A DNA stretch of 64,000 nt from Octopus vulgaris (Eukaryota). The notes beneath the pieces were generated by a model that was not told where the DNA came from, ran no database searches, and worked only from the letters and a program-made list of their open reading frames with translations. Positions 12,440-26,196 of this stretch are shown one piece after another (positions within the stretch are counted from its first letter, which is position 1; each line of letters starts with the position of its first letter). Made by a program: the position numbers and the translations under genes. The stretch is taken from contig OX597815.1 of the NCBI GenBank assembly GCA_951406725.2, forward strand, positions 95,108,001 through 95,172,000, written 5' to 3'.

Positions 12440-13865
12440 ATATATATATATATAAATCCCGTTCTGTCTGTGTGTGTGTGTAAAATATTATAACGGCCTT
12501 ATTTTTCAACTGATTTTCTCCAAACTGGGAACGTACATTACTTACGTTCCAGGGATGGTTTTAGACTCGTAACAGTTTTCACATAATGAATAACGGACTC
12601 CTGGGGACAGAAAACACCTGTTCTTGGGTTACGTGGACAAAGGAGGTTACTCTTTGCGAAGAAACTTTGAGGAACTGATTGTCTCCCTCACATCCATTAG
12701 TCATAAAGAAAAATATTGCTTTTTATAATATTCAATCGCTATCTACAAACAACAAGTTACTGACAGAAAGAAGTTCACAATTACTGATGAAAGTAATTTC
12801 ATACATAATTTACTGACAGAAGAAACTTCATAAATTTCTCTTCAATCCGTACACTTCGTTAAATTTGCCTTCAAATTTTTTATTTACTGTTGCAACGTTT
12901 CGTGTTGTTGACAGAATTACCGATAAACTAATAAAAGTAAGTTCATAATTTACTGATAGAAGTACCTTCAAAAATTTCACGTAAGTCCGTACACTTAGTT
13001 AATTTTCCTAAAAATTTCATACTTACTTTTGCAACGGTTTTGCGTTTTTCTATTTTTAACGGCTTTTTTCTGGTTCCTTTGATACTGACTCTTTGGTTCA
13101 CTGAGAAAATTCTCACCAACCCGTACAATTCTTTATTTTACGTAAAACTTTCTTAGTTACTTTCTGCCCTTCGTATTAAGAACTATAATTTCCGTTTCCC
13201 GGTTATTTTCGTTCTTTACTATCTTCTGCATCCGTGTATTTCTGTATACGTATATAACCATGCCTAGAAGAAAATTGTCAAATTTGTCTACAATGTCAAG
13301 ATCAACCAAAAGAATGTCTAGGGAAAGAGAGACAGCTACTGAAAGGGAAGATTCCAAGAAACGAAAGACTGCGCACTACAAAAGCCAGAGTATCTTAAAG
13401 TGATGAACAGAGGTATGCACGACTGACAAGGAATAAGATCTCCACTGCAGAACAAAGAGTAGTTACAACAGCTCAGCGAATCAATTTCTATGAAGTAGCT
13501 TTCAATTATGATCCATCAGTTCATTATGCAGATGACACTAGAGTTTCCATTGGTGCAATGACAACTGAGTTCATCCATTGTAAAGCAAGGAAGTGGCCTG
13601 GAGAGACGCCTGCACTGTGCCTGCAGTGGTGGAAATGTTAAACTACCTGCAATCCCCCGACCTCCAGAAACTGTTGTCATCAACTGACCAAGGCACCAAG
13701 CACTTCTAAAACAAAATTATACAATACAACGCTGCACTACAGATGGCATCATTTAGAGCCACAAGAGATTTAACTGAGCCAGGATTAATGCAAACTATTA
13801 GGATCCAAGGTCAGATTAATAATTGGATTGGCTCTCTACCACCTCTGTCAAATGAATCACCATAA
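12440..13865 (+). mobile_element. Helitron 5' region with decayed RepHel N-terminus
   Basis: Typical TATATATAAA..CTGTCTGTGTG start; ATG at 13260 (MPRRK); AFNYDP..IGAM..HCKARKWPGETP.LC.SGGNVKL zinc finger; QYNAALQMASF..RIQGQI..IGSL. Confidence 0.85.
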
Positions 13866-14999
13866 TCGGCCTTTCATTGTTTATAATCTGTACCTGTTGT
13901 TTGGTTAAAAAATAAGCAACACAAACGTATTTTTGAATTACGTGTATTTATTTCATATACATATATGAGTTTAAAACTTTCTTTTAACATTATACTTAAC
14001 GTCTATGTTCCATGCTGGCATGGGTTGGAGCGTTATTAATGTAGAAAGTTGGTATCTCAGCTACTAGCAGTTGAAACCTGGTATAAATAATTTATACCAG
14101 TCGTTAGCATTCGTAATAAAACTGAGAAGACATAAAGATTTCAAAATATAATAGTGTATGAAATATACACGGAGAGAAAACTACCATGTGGATTTCTTAC
14201 ACGCTAAAAATGGCAGTCAAAGCCCCAAACCATGAAAAAATTCTTACATTAATGCACGTTGTTTGTATATGAGCAAGACATTTGTGTGAATAAAAATTTA
14301 CCGTATACCCATGAGTTTCACCATTAATGGCGAAATGAATCAACTAATAATTTAGTTAATGGATTAATTAGTCACCCGTAGCACGTCAGTAAGGTCGCTG
14401 TAAAATGTATAAATATGAGACTACCATACGTACCGACAACACAAATTAAACACATGCGCAATCAGTTCCATCCTTATACATCAAGAATTCAACAAAAATC
14501 GGAAACAACAGGACCACCGCCATTGATGTTGAAGATGATAGCAACGTGTCCAATATCGTTAAATTGAATTCTACCAAGAGTTGGTCATTTCCAAACATCA
14601 AGCACACAACTAAGTTTTGCCTGTTGCAGCACTCAACATAAGCAGGTTTCTTTTCCGTAAAGGATTTAATGAAACTAAGGATAATTGTCACTTGAAGTAC
14701 AAATCTCAAACACCTCAAATAATTAATATTCCCCGTTAGTGAAAGCCAAAATGCATACATGGTGTACAATCTCCATCAAGCGCGTACAATATCACCAAAC
14801 ATGGATATCTTTAACATAAAAAAGAGGCACCGAGACTTTTTCAACAACCACCAATGTTTCGAAACAGTTGAAGCATGGATTGCAAAGGAAACTCAATAAC
14901 ATGAAAAATAAATTGGGATAAATGGATAAAATATATCACATACAATACACATGCATATTATGGTTTTAAATTTTGGCATAAGGACAGAAACTTTTGAGT

Positions 15000-15146
15000 G
15001 AGTGGGGAAATTGATTATATCAGCCCGACTCCAAAGTAATGGAAACCGGCGTCGACCTTGGCGAAATTTGAACACAGGAAATAAAGACCGACAAAATGCC
15101 GCAAAGCAATTTTTTCGGCGTGTTTACGATTCTGCTACCTCACTGA
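15000..15146 (-). mobile_element. SINE family 1, degenerate
   Basis: Reverse complement of the head and GTCGAC domain. Confidence 0.65.
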
Positions 15147-17616
15147 ATTACACTTGTTTAGTAATATAATTTATTTCCACCAAAAACCTTCATTACTCTG
15201 TTGTTTCTCCTGCGTTGTGAATTTAATCAGGTATGGGCTTATGGGGATATATATTACCCTTGTAATCTTACATCACTTTATTTTTAGTCACAGAATGTCT
15301 AGGGCTATGCAATCTAATACTTTCTCTCGATTTTAAGATGGCATTTTATAACCTGAGTGAATTGCGACCGCGTATCTTTTACTGCCTCGAGAGTACATAT
15401 ATTTCAAATTCATATTCTCACGTCACTTGACAATGGGCTATTTCTGGTTACTAAGGCTCATGATGAAATACATTTTACAAATGAATGTTGATTCTTCTAT
15501 TTTTATAACATGTATAATATTACATTATCCTATATGTCCTTTCTTTTAGAAGAAGGCAGGTTATAACACGAGAAGGTTTTGATCGTTACTTCTTGCAGAC
15601 TGTTCACTATTTCTAGTAGAAAGCAGCGGTGGTATTCTTTGTTTTTCTCCCCGAATGATTGTAAATGTTTTACGAGAGTGTTATGGTATTTTGTTTTATC
15701 TTCGAAGTTACACACGTCATGAAAGAAATTTATCTTTGAAATGTTTAAAACTTCATAATAAACTCCTTTGTAATTTCTTTTCAGTGACCCCTACCTTTCA
15801 TTCCATCTACTCTTCATTCTGTTTCCGTGTGATCTCATATATAGAATACCAATTCTTCATCGACATTCGACCATCTACTTCAATTTTAATGGAACACAAA
15901 TTATTTCTTGAACTCTCTCTTCAATGTAGTCTTCATTCGTCCTCGACTGTTTCATTTCAACTTGTGACGTATGCCACATCTTTCATGTTACTCTTGCCGC
16001 TGGCCCTGTTTGTTATTGTCGTGACAAAGAACTCATTAATTGTTTTGCCAATCAGATTATCGATTTTCTTAAAGATTTCATTCATCTGCTGTCGATCGTT
16101 TCTATTAAACTGGGAAGGCTATTTTCCCCACAAATTATACCACTGGAACTATTGCACAGGATATGTATTTACTTGAGAGTCTCTCCGTGGTTATCCAATC
16201 TGCTAAACATATGAGAAAAATCTCCCTCAAATAATATCATACAGCATTCTTTGATAAGGGAAAGTATAGAAATCCCTATCCCAAGTAAAAAGCAAAATAC
16301 AATAGTCTCGGCAAGAACGCTGTTAACAGGTTGGCTTAAGTCATATAAAAACATTTACAACAAAAGCAAAAGCCTACAGGAGAATTTCTAGGCAATCGCT
16401 TGAGCATATAGCAAGAAGGAAACTGCTAAAGTATTACTTCCAAATATGAAAAAGTGAAGGATACACCGAATAACACATCAAGCACAGGGATCTCTCAGCA
16501 AAAAAAAAAAAAACCCAAAACACAAAAACATAGTCGTAAGTCATCATTAGTTAAATGCTTGTGGTGCATTTTATTGATGAAAACGTTTGCTCTTCTCCAA
16601 ATGAGTTCATTCATTCCAAAAGTATTTCGTGTAATTATACCTATATTTCCTCATATTCAGAGAAATTTATCTGCCGATTATTTTATTTTGAAAATAAAAT
16701 ACAAGTACAACGTGCTCGCTCACGCGCCAGGATAATGAACTTCATATCAATTTTTGACGTACTAATCTTGCAGCCTAATTTTCCACATATTACACCATGC
16801 TGTTGTATACAAGAAATAAAAGTCATTTCCTGTTTAACGTTATAAAGACGAGGAAGTCACAATCGAAAAACCTTTGCGCTTACGTTTAATAGATCAAGTA
16901 CAGAGTAAGTCTATACAACAATATCAAGCATAATAGTCTATCTTTTGTGTACATTACATTTGCGTTTCTTGAACTATCAGTTTCTGTATCATGGTCAACT
17001 TGCTCAATATTTTTATTAGATTTTTCTAAATGATATTGTCAAGAAGGAAACGTCTATGGGTCATTTTGGCATTTCTGAACGTCATTTGCATTATCGTAAA
17101 TAGCTTACTTGTATAATCTTTTATTTCATCACTTAAATCTTTGGAGATACTCTTACCTTTTTCAGTTATTAGACTTGCCAATTCAGTTCACTTGATCAGT
17201 TTCTCCGAATGAAGAATGTCAGTTGGGATCTTTATAGGGATCTTTGCTGCTAGTTATTTTACCTCAGCTTTTGTTGCAGTCATCTACATATGCATGTCAT
17301 ATAATATACAAGTCTAGGTACATCATACCAAGGAAACCCACGGATACTGTAACACCCTGCTCAGACGTATCATGCAAATGCTCAACTCTCTTGCGTAGTT
17401 TACAGCCTACAACGGCACTTCTAAGAGTTGGTTCATTCAATCGGATTATTCCACGCTAAATTCATCCACTTCTCTATAGATTTATTGGGGCAGTACTTCT
17501 ATCTCCACCATCACCTTTTCCTGGGGCAGCTTCATAAACGTCTCTGACGGCTTACCCGAAAAGGAAAGTGATTATCGATATTCCTTCCAGTAACACTCAC
17601 GAAACAACCCCATTTG

Positions 17617-17661
<45 letters not shown>

Positions 17662-17666
<5 letters not shown>

Positions 17667-17872
17667 TAATTCAAACAAGAAAGCACAAAAAAAACATAAC
17701 AACGCGAGGACGTGGAACAAATATAGTATTATTGGACGCTCAGGAAAGAAGGAAAGAAGGAGGGTTTAACGTTTCGAGCGGAGCTCTTCGTCGGAAACAT
17801 AGGAGAAGGAAAGATCCAGAGAAGGGAAGACAGAGGAAAAAAAAATCGCCAACGGTACACACGAGGTCACAT
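17662..17872 (-). mobile_element. Short Penelope-LTR/retrozyme-like repeat, family B, 3' end abutting (TA)n
   Basis: Same layout as family A: pyrimidine-rich leader, hammerhead-like motif, T-rich tail, then (TA)n. Confidence 0.55.
17764..17798 (-). ncRNA. Minimal type I hammerhead ribozyme-like motif
   Basis: GUUU-[CCGACGA-A]-GAGC(UCC)GCUC-GAAA-CG-UU-AAAC; stem I covaries with family A. Confidence 0.6.
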
Positions 17873-17887
17873 TTTGATATATATATT

Positions 17888-18225
17888 CTCTTTTACTTAT
17901 TTATTTGTTTCAGTAATTATATTGCGGCCATGCTGGAGCACTGCATTTGTCGAACAAATCGATCCCAGGACGTATACTTTGTGAATCTAGTACTTATTCT
18001 ATCGGTCTATTTGCCGAACCGCTAAGTTACGGGGACGTAGACACACTAGCATCGGTTGTTAAGCAATGGTGGTGGTGGTGGTGGGGGGAAACACAGATAT
18101 ACACACACATATACGACGCGTTTCTTTCAGTTTCTACCTACCAAATCCACTCACAAGGCTTTGGTCGGCCTAAGGTGGCACGTAGTGGGATTGAACTCGG
18201 AACCACGCGGTTGGTAAGGAAGCTA
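17888..18225 (-). mobile_element. tRNA-derived SINE family 2 (octopus OR-like, CORE-like domain)
   Basis: Reverse complement matches 27155-27620 (CCAGCATGGCCGCA tail, GTCCCCGTAACTTAGCGGTTCGGCAA). Confidence 0.8.
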
Positions 18226-18389
18226 TTTTATTTCATAAAATTTGTCATCATAGACAGTACAAAGATTGTGTAGCTTTGCGGGCTGTACAAACACATTAAT
18301 GAATGAAAATGAAATAGAATGAATAAATGAAATAGAATGAATAAATCCAACACCCGCCGATTGGATTTTTCTCGAAAACATATTTTCTT

Positions 18390-19990
18390 TTTTTATAAAA
18401 TCAATATGAGGTTTCAAACCTCTTACAAGAAGGAGGCACTAAAACCTCTTACTTAACATGTTTTTTTTTAACACAAAATTGATGTTATAAACCACTACAA
18501 ATAATACAATAAGATGATGTTTCAAACCCTATAACGAGGGTCTTTCACCTCCTACTCTTCGATATATCCATCGATATATTCATCATTATCTTCAATGCTG
18601 CTTGAGTTCCTGTATCCCGCCATTTCCCATGCCTCACTCATGTAGGACATGTAAGTCGTGTAAGGGCCACCCAGCCATATGCGACACTCCTCCCCAAATC
18701 CTTTAAGCCTTTCCCACAATGGAAACCTTATGATCCCCACAACTATCTGCAGAGGCCATTCGGGAACCGCTGTCAAGGGCATATCTACTGTCTCTTTATG
18801 TTCTACTATTTTTTCCACCTCCCCGTCCTTATAGAAAAAGATAATTAATTGATCATCTGTAAGGGTGGGGTGGTTTATTCCACCGTGGGTGGCACAACTT
18901 CGGGACATGCAGATGGCACATCATCTCCCCGCTGAGATGACCCGTTCTTCTTCCTTCTTTTTTTCTTTTCTTCCTGACTTCGCGAGAGTGGAGCTCTTCC
19001 GCTTTGTCCGAAGACTCTCCCCGCCTCCCAAAGTCTTAGGTTCTTTCGGCGGGCAACTATTGTTGCCCGCCTTCTTCCTTTTTAATCCTTTTTGAGTTGA
19101 GGAGGCTGAAGCCTCCTCGACCACATCCACCTCTCCATTTAACCGGTAGGGGAGGTGGCATCTAGTGACTGTTCCAGGACTTTACCATGGTCCTGGGGGC
19201 AAATACTTTCAATGTGGCCTGGCTGCAGGCACGAGTGCCACTTGGGGGGACGTCCCTCAAGTATCACCGGATACCTGCAGCCAGCCATTTTCAAGAAATC
19301 TGGAAAACCCAGATCTGTTGCGGCCGATGGGGTCCACGGTCAAAATCGCTTTTGACCCTTCCAATCGATCGCCGGCAATACCCTTATATTTAAGAGCCTG
19401 GGCCCGCCATCACCCAGTCCCCGTCGGATGGCATCTTCAATCCAATCCGCTTCGGTGCCTGGGGGTAACCCACATACCCAGGCTCGTATTAATTTTCTCC
19501 CACAATATGACGAAAGGAACAGAATTTCCTTGCCTTCTAAAAGGCTGACTCGCAAACTGGCGAGCCTTTTCCCCGTTGTGAATTAGCAACCATACTGTTG
19601 CAGGTCTGACACCACGGGATATATATTTTAAAGAGGACAAATATTCTTTAAGTTCATTTTTTATGACTTGTGTTGGGAAGACGGTGATGGAATTAAGAAC
19701 TTTAGAATAAGTTCTAAGTACCACCGTCATCTCTTCCATATCTTTTAACCACTGCTTAGGCGGGTTAATTTTCCACCCTAAGACAGAGTTTTTCTTTTTA
19801 AGTTCCTTCTCTGCCATGTCAAAAAACAGTTCATAAGTAGTTCAAAATACAGTCTGCCAAACAATTAAACTGAATAAAAAAAAAAAAAAAAATTCGTTTA
19901 GCCATGTCCACCTTGATTTGGTTGGACCATGGCCTGTGAGTAACGGGTTCTCATATATATTTAACTTGTATCGATCGTTTCTCACGTTGG
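18390..19990 (-). mobile_element. Retroelement carrying only a frameshifted L1/Tx1-type ORF1 (gag-like)
   Basis: ATG at 19817, coding to a stop at 18552 across frameshifts; ILEGRPPK(W)HSCLQPGHIESICP CCHC knuckle; basic region; short 3' UTR and A-rich end; no ORF2. Confidence 0.6.
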
Positions 19991-20009
19991 TCGGAAGCTA
20001 TTCCTATTC

Positions 20010-20399
20010 ACACATGCACCTTTGACAACGTCACCATTTACACATGCACCTTTATCAACACCAACATCGGCAACACCATCTTCGTCGTCGCAGCCCGCCT
20101 CGAACAAACCTTATGTTACGAGGTCAGGCAGAACTGTTCACTGGCCGAGGAAACTTTCAAAGACGATTTATATTTAACATTCTCAATTGACTTCCCAGTG
20201 ACAGTTACGATACTAATTGAACTTTGTTCATTTGAGTATTATGTTTTCTTTTCCTTTGCTGCATGCTTGTTTATATTATGGATTTTTTTGTTTTAATTTG
20301 TCATATTGTGTGCCATTTTGGTCATTTGGTATCCACCTTATATTCTGAAGCCACTACAAGGAATTTTATTTCGTGCTTCCGCACTCGAGGGGGAGCCTT
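20010..20399 (+). mobile_element. Gypsy LTR retrotransposon 3' internal end (integrase tail plus polypurine tract)
   Basis: PYVTRSGRTVHWPRKL* (stop 20175-20177) is a typical Gypsy integrase C-terminus; PPT GAGGGGGAG at 20387-20395. Confidence 0.7.
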
Positions 20400-20720
20400 T
20401 GTAGTGAAGTCATATTCCAGTGTGCGCAAATGCAACGTCATTCTTCAGTGTGCGTGTGCGGATCGTCACCTTTGTAGTGACGTCATATTCCAGTGTGCGC
20501 ACACGCAACGTCATTCTTCAGTGTGCGTGTGCGAAGCGTCCTTCTTCAGTGTGCGTGTGCGGGGTTTGAACCTTCTGGAACCTTCTGGAAAGGCATAAGG
20601 AAGTTCCCTCATGCACATGCGCTAGAGACTGAAGAAGAAATTCTATTCGCGTTCCTTAATAGCGTCGGGGACTTGAGACACGGCGATAGAAGAGAAAGGA
20701 CGTATATTTTAAACCTGTGA
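20400..20720 (+). mobile_element. 3' LTR of the Gypsy element (right end uncertain) with an internal tandem duplication of about 73 bp
   Basis: TGTAG starts 4 nt after the PPT; TGTAGTGA.GTCATATTCCAGTGTGCGCA is repeated. Confidence 0.6.
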
Positions 20721-20793
20721 TCAGCCTAATCTCCTGTCCCAGACGCTTAGGATTTAACCTGTTCTATTGCTGCTGAATTGTTGTAAAGCTTAC

Positions 20794-20925
20794 AGACGTT
20801 TGAATTCAGCCTTGCTGTGTTTAACTAAGTGGATACCAGCATAACATCGTGTTTCATTGTTGAACCAAGAGAATAAAGAATTGTATATATTTTAAAACAT
20901 GCGTTTCGTTTCTGACTGGTAGTTT
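20794..20925 (-). other. Candidate non-coding exon (132 nt)
   Basis: Strong acceptor tttccttttctttttgtttctAG and donor GTAAGC; stops in all three frames. Confidence 0.2.
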
Positions 20926-21250
20926 CTAGAAACAAAAAGAAAGGAAATTGTGTTGCACCCAAGTTGCACCCCAAAAGTGTAAAGAAGCAACCAGTTCCCA
21001 TTACAGAGTTTTCAAGCAAAAATTCTCAATTCACCGTTACGGTGATGAGAACCCAGTATTTTGCTCACTATAGCGAGCCATAATTGACAATTTTTTTTGT
21101 TCCTTTTTCTATTCACGGAGCCCCCAAAAACTCACATCTTGTCACTATAACAGTCCAGACCAACTAGTGTTTCATTCTGGGTAACCGGAAGTAAGCAAGC
21201 TACTTACCACACAGCCACTCCTACTCCTAAACACACACGCACACACACAC

Positions 21251-21300
<50 letters not shown>

Positions 21301-21456
21301 AGAGAGAAAGAGAGAGAGAGTATCGAAGAATTTTTGGTCTGAAGTGTAGCTTGCAGTCAACACGTCGTTTGGATAATTTCCTACTTCCACTAGCTATGAA
21401 GCATATGCAGCATGAATTTTATCTACTTCATTACCTAATGTTTGTGTGTATGTATG

Positions 21457-21780
<324 letters not shown>

Positions 21781-22807
21781 ATGCATGCATATGTGTGTGT
21801 GTGTGTCAGTGTGTGAGCGTATGTATGTGTAACAAATATTTGGCCAGTCTCACCCTACCGAATTCCCCTCTCAACATATGGTTCAACACGTGGGAACATT
21901 AGCTATTCAATGTTTGTGTGATCAAAATCAGAAGCAAGTTGTTGCGAAGCAAACCGCTAAACAGGTGGAGGAGGCGAGAGCGTCCGTCTACATCTAATGA
22001 TGTTTGTATATAGGTGGCGTTGGATAAATCGCGATCTCTCATAGAATGGTCATTTCATTATTCTGTTTTGTTTTTGTATATTGTCGGATTTGCTTCTTGC
22101 ATCTGTTTTTTTCCCAGACATTATATAATTCAGCCACACATTGAAGCTTATGAAAACATGAAACTGTTTTGTCTGCTGTAGCCACCACTGGGAGTCAGAA
22201 AGTATATGACTGATTATTCTGTGGTTTCTACAATTCTGAATTCATTTTATTCTCTGCTTCATTATATATTTTTACGAATTTCCATTTCACAATGAATATT
22301 ATTTCGGTCTTAAAGTTGATTGTTAAGCTTCTTAGCTGGTCTTCAATTTTTTCTATATTCATTCTTTGTCCATTATATTCATTCTTTATCCATTTTTGAC
22401 TTAGTCTTGTCGTCTACAAGTAATGTAAAGTATTGTTCCCCTATATCTTAGCATAGATTTCATGCTCCTGAATAAAATTTTGTTTTTATGAGTTTTCATG
22501 TAATCGATTATAGTTTGTACGTAGCTATTTGTAACATTACATTCTGTTATATATCTGTATATCTGTATGAAGACGGGAACCGTCCGTCTTTAGAATTCTA
22601 AACGTTTGATAGGTGAGTTAGGTGTGTTACCTTTTGTATTCGATTTTTTATGCAAGGAAAAGTATGTACTCAGGTCTAAAGATTACATTCTATTTGATTT
22701 GTATTTCACTGGCTACTTATAAAACGGTTCATCATAACTACTACTCACATACCTACCTATGCATGAATCTGTCAGTCTGTCTGCCTGTCTCCTCTCTATT
22801 TCTCTCC

Positions 22808-22863
<56 letters not shown>

Positions 22864-23064
22864 TCAGAGTGCACATAAGTATATGCGTTGCCACATATTT
22901 GTTTCTCTATCAGGCGCGGTCTGCCCTCCTTACAATATATTCTACTATTCATCCTAAAATATATACACACACATATATATATATACACGTATATATAATA
23001 TTTTTGTTTCAGCTCAGAGCTGCGGCCATGCTGATGCACCGCCTTTTTGTGCTACGCTGTTATT

Positions 23065-23443
23065 ACTAAGAGCCTCCTTTAATATGTGACCCTTGGTGAA
23101 GAATGGAGATTGTTATAGCTACCCTCATTTGCACCTCTTGCCGTGAGGTAGGTTCATCTGGGACTCTCGACAGGAAGATGTCCAGCTTTGATTTAAAAAC
23201 CGCTACATCTACTTTGTGCAAGTTCCCCAGTTTCTTTGGGAGAAATTAAAAAGCTGTGAGCCCTTGAAACCCAGACTGTTGCAGTAAGCTGGTCCTGAAG
23301 CGTGATGGCATTGCCGGGATCTTTGGCACCATGCAGTGTCGTCCCGTCCTAGCATTGGTGTAGCTTACAATGACAAAATTTGGCACAATTCCTTCCAGGA
23401 TCTTCCATATATATATTACTGCATACCTCTCCCGTCTTCTCTA
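23065..23443 (-). mobile_element. CR1-group LINE 3' fragment
   Basis: RRRERYAVIYIWKILEGIVPNF..RTGRHC..VAVFKSKLDIFLSRVPDEP. Confidence 0.85.
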
Positions 23444-23464
23444 CAATAAATTTCTAGAGAAATA

Positions 23465-23470
23465 TACATG

Positions 23471-23532
<62 letters not shown>

Positions 23533-23670
23533 CATATATATGAATATCTATACATATATGTACATATATGTACATATATGTATATATGTATATATATATA
23601 TATACATATAAGTATGTATATATATACTTATATATGTATGTATATATATATATATACTTATATATATATG

Positions 23671-23707
<37 letters not shown>

Positions 23708-23736
23708 GTATATATATATACATATATACATATATA

Positions 23737-23781
<45 letters not shown>

Positions 23782-23866
23782 GTATATGTTATGTGTTTAT
23801 TCATTTTGGTAGTTTTGACTTTAAGTGACCTCTTAGCATGTGGCATTTATGTATAGTATTGCCCTC

Positions 23867-23906
<40 letters not shown>

Positions 23907-23930
23907 GTATATACATATATATATGTATAC

Positions 23931-24008
<78 letters not shown>
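23465..24008. repeat. Interrupted (TA)n and (TG)n tracts
   Basis: Direct reading. Confidence 0.9.
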
Positions 24009-24011
<3 letters not shown>

Positions 24012-24014
24012 GTG

Positions 24015-24406
24015 GATGTGGAAATAGCATAGAAGTAAGTCTAAGATATTTCAATTTAAGAAGGAGATTAATAAAAAATGCTTTAAAACTTATCTGTAAA
24101 AATTACATAAAGAAGGTATTACTGGTTTCGGCGAATCTCATCTTATCAAAGATCAGGAAAAAGTTATAAAAAATTGAAGTAAAAACAGTTTATCTTCTGT
24201 CTTGGTGTGAGTGTCAAGACATGTTTTTGACCCTCAGAAGATAAACTGTTTTTACTTCGATTTTTTATAAATTTGTACCGACCCTTGATAAAATGAAATT
24301 CAATGAAACTCGCAATATCTGATCTGTATAATTTTAAAATCATTTTTATATAATTTCTTCTTAAATCGAAATATCTTAGACTTAATTCTGTGCTATTTCC
24401 TCCATC
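24015..24406. mobile_element. Fold-back / MITE-like element
   Basis: Imperfect inverted arms of about 170-185 bp (GGAAATAGCA..CTAAGATATTTC..GAAGTAAAAACAGTTTATCTTCTG and its reverse complement), loop about 35 nt. Confidence 0.75.
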
Positions 24407-25275
24407 ATTCTTTATATATGAAACTTTGATTTACATTGATCACTAATTTTTTTCCAACTATATATATATATATATATAATATAATATAATATAATATAAT
24501 ATAATATAATATAGTATAAAGATAATTCATATATAATATTACGGAGATGTACTTGCATAGCAAGTGACTTGATCTGATATCGTGTGCTGGAACGAAATCA
24601 ATTGCAGCGTGAAATGTGTTTATAAGCCATTAAAAAAACACAAAAGACCGTTAGATTCACTTGAACATTTAAATTTAATTTCCCAAAATATTTTCGTCGC
24701 TTTTAGACCTCCAACTGATCACTGATAAAATTTCGTGCTGCATGTCTATATAATAATATATAATAATACATTTGATATCATTAGCACAGGAACATGCAAG
24801 ATAATTTTTAGGATATGGGAGTTTGGCTATGCTTTTATTTGTTTTGATGGTCTGTAATTTGGTTACTATCTCATGTTTCTTCGTGAAACCGAAGGCATAT
24901 ACTTTTAGGTGCGAAAATATGTTTTACAGCTTCGCTAATATATATATAGGGAACGTAACTTTAATTTCTTTTTCTTTTTTCCCTTACATTTTTTTTCTAT
25001 TTTCTATTCCCCTTTGTATGCTCATTACACTTTTGCATTACCCTTATCTTCATTTCTTTTATCGTGGTTTCTCAGGTACCATCTCAGGTACCAGGTTTCT
25101 CAAATAGAACAAACCATGTGCTCAGAGTTTGAAATAGCTTGGAGTCAAAAAGCACGTTATAAAAAAAAATTGCTGAACTGTGTTTCTCAATGGGAAGTAA
25201 CTATTCATAGTTGTTAATTCAACAGAGTGTACATAATATGATATTTATCTCTCGCTGCAACATTAGTTTTTTGTT

Positions 25276-25349
<74 letters not shown>

Positions 25350-25398
25350 CGAGTGCGTGTGTGTGTGTGTGTGTATATTTAAAATAAGTATTATTGCC

Positions 25399-25443
<45 letters not shown>

Positions 25444-25447
25444 AATG

Positions 25448-25485
<38 letters not shown>

Positions 25486-25486
<1 letters not shown>

Positions 25487-26120
25487 TTCACTGGGTAATT
25501 TGAAAAAGCCTGGACTTGCCCCATGATAAAAACTGGTGGGAACACAAACTATCTCCAGTGCTTGAAAATGTCCACATCTCACTCCTCTGGAACTTCACTA
25601 TTCAAACTGACAGAAAGACAGATGCAAATAGGCCAGACATCATGTTGAAAGGCTTCAGACAAAAATCATGCCTCCTCAGTGATATGACTGTCCCAATCGA
25701 TATAAACGTATCTGTCAAGACCTACCAAAAACTGAGCAAATGTAAAGATCTTGAAATAGAAGTTAGCAAAATGTGGAACCTGAAGACTAAAACAATATCT
25801 GTTGTCATAGGTACCCTGGGAATGATAGCAAAAGGGGCTGATACCAGAAAACCCCAAAATGGCAGAAATTCTAAAGATGATGCTCATGGGAACTGTTCAT
25901 ATCCTACGCAAACTACTTTCTATGTAATCTCAAGTTTTAAAACAAGCACAATTTTCTTATGGTTTCTTAAACATTCTCTAGAACAACACTATTTACAAAA
26001 CCAAAATATATGGCACCCTAGGAATAACACCAACAGGACCTTCTAACCTGTTGTCTCTTGAGGTCTCTGGGTGAGACTTGGAGCCAATTTGTACAAATGT
26101 AAAGCAAAAGTCATGCATAA
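25486..26120 (+). mobile_element. R4/Dong-type LINE 3' fragment (RLE domain plus 3' UTR) inserted in (TAA)n
   Basis: WWEHK..VLEN..LLWNFTIQTDR..ANRPDI..DMTVP..KLSK.KDLEIEVSKMW..VVIGTLG; (TAA)n on both sides. Confidence 0.85.
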
Positions 26121-26130
26121 AATAATAATA

Positions 26131-26192
<62 letters not shown>

Positions 26193-26196
26193 AATA

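Noticed and set aside
14450-14895. Plus-strand frame that looks like decayed coding sequence
   Set aside because: Several stops and no recognisable motif
18505-18552. Hairpin followed by GAAAC in the 3' UTR of the ORF1-only element
   Set aside because: No CUGANGA-like box or stem I, so not called a hammerhead
20400-20560. Short direct repeats resembling a repeat-spacer array
   Set aside because: Internal LTR duplications with no unique spacers, no cas genes and a eukaryotic context
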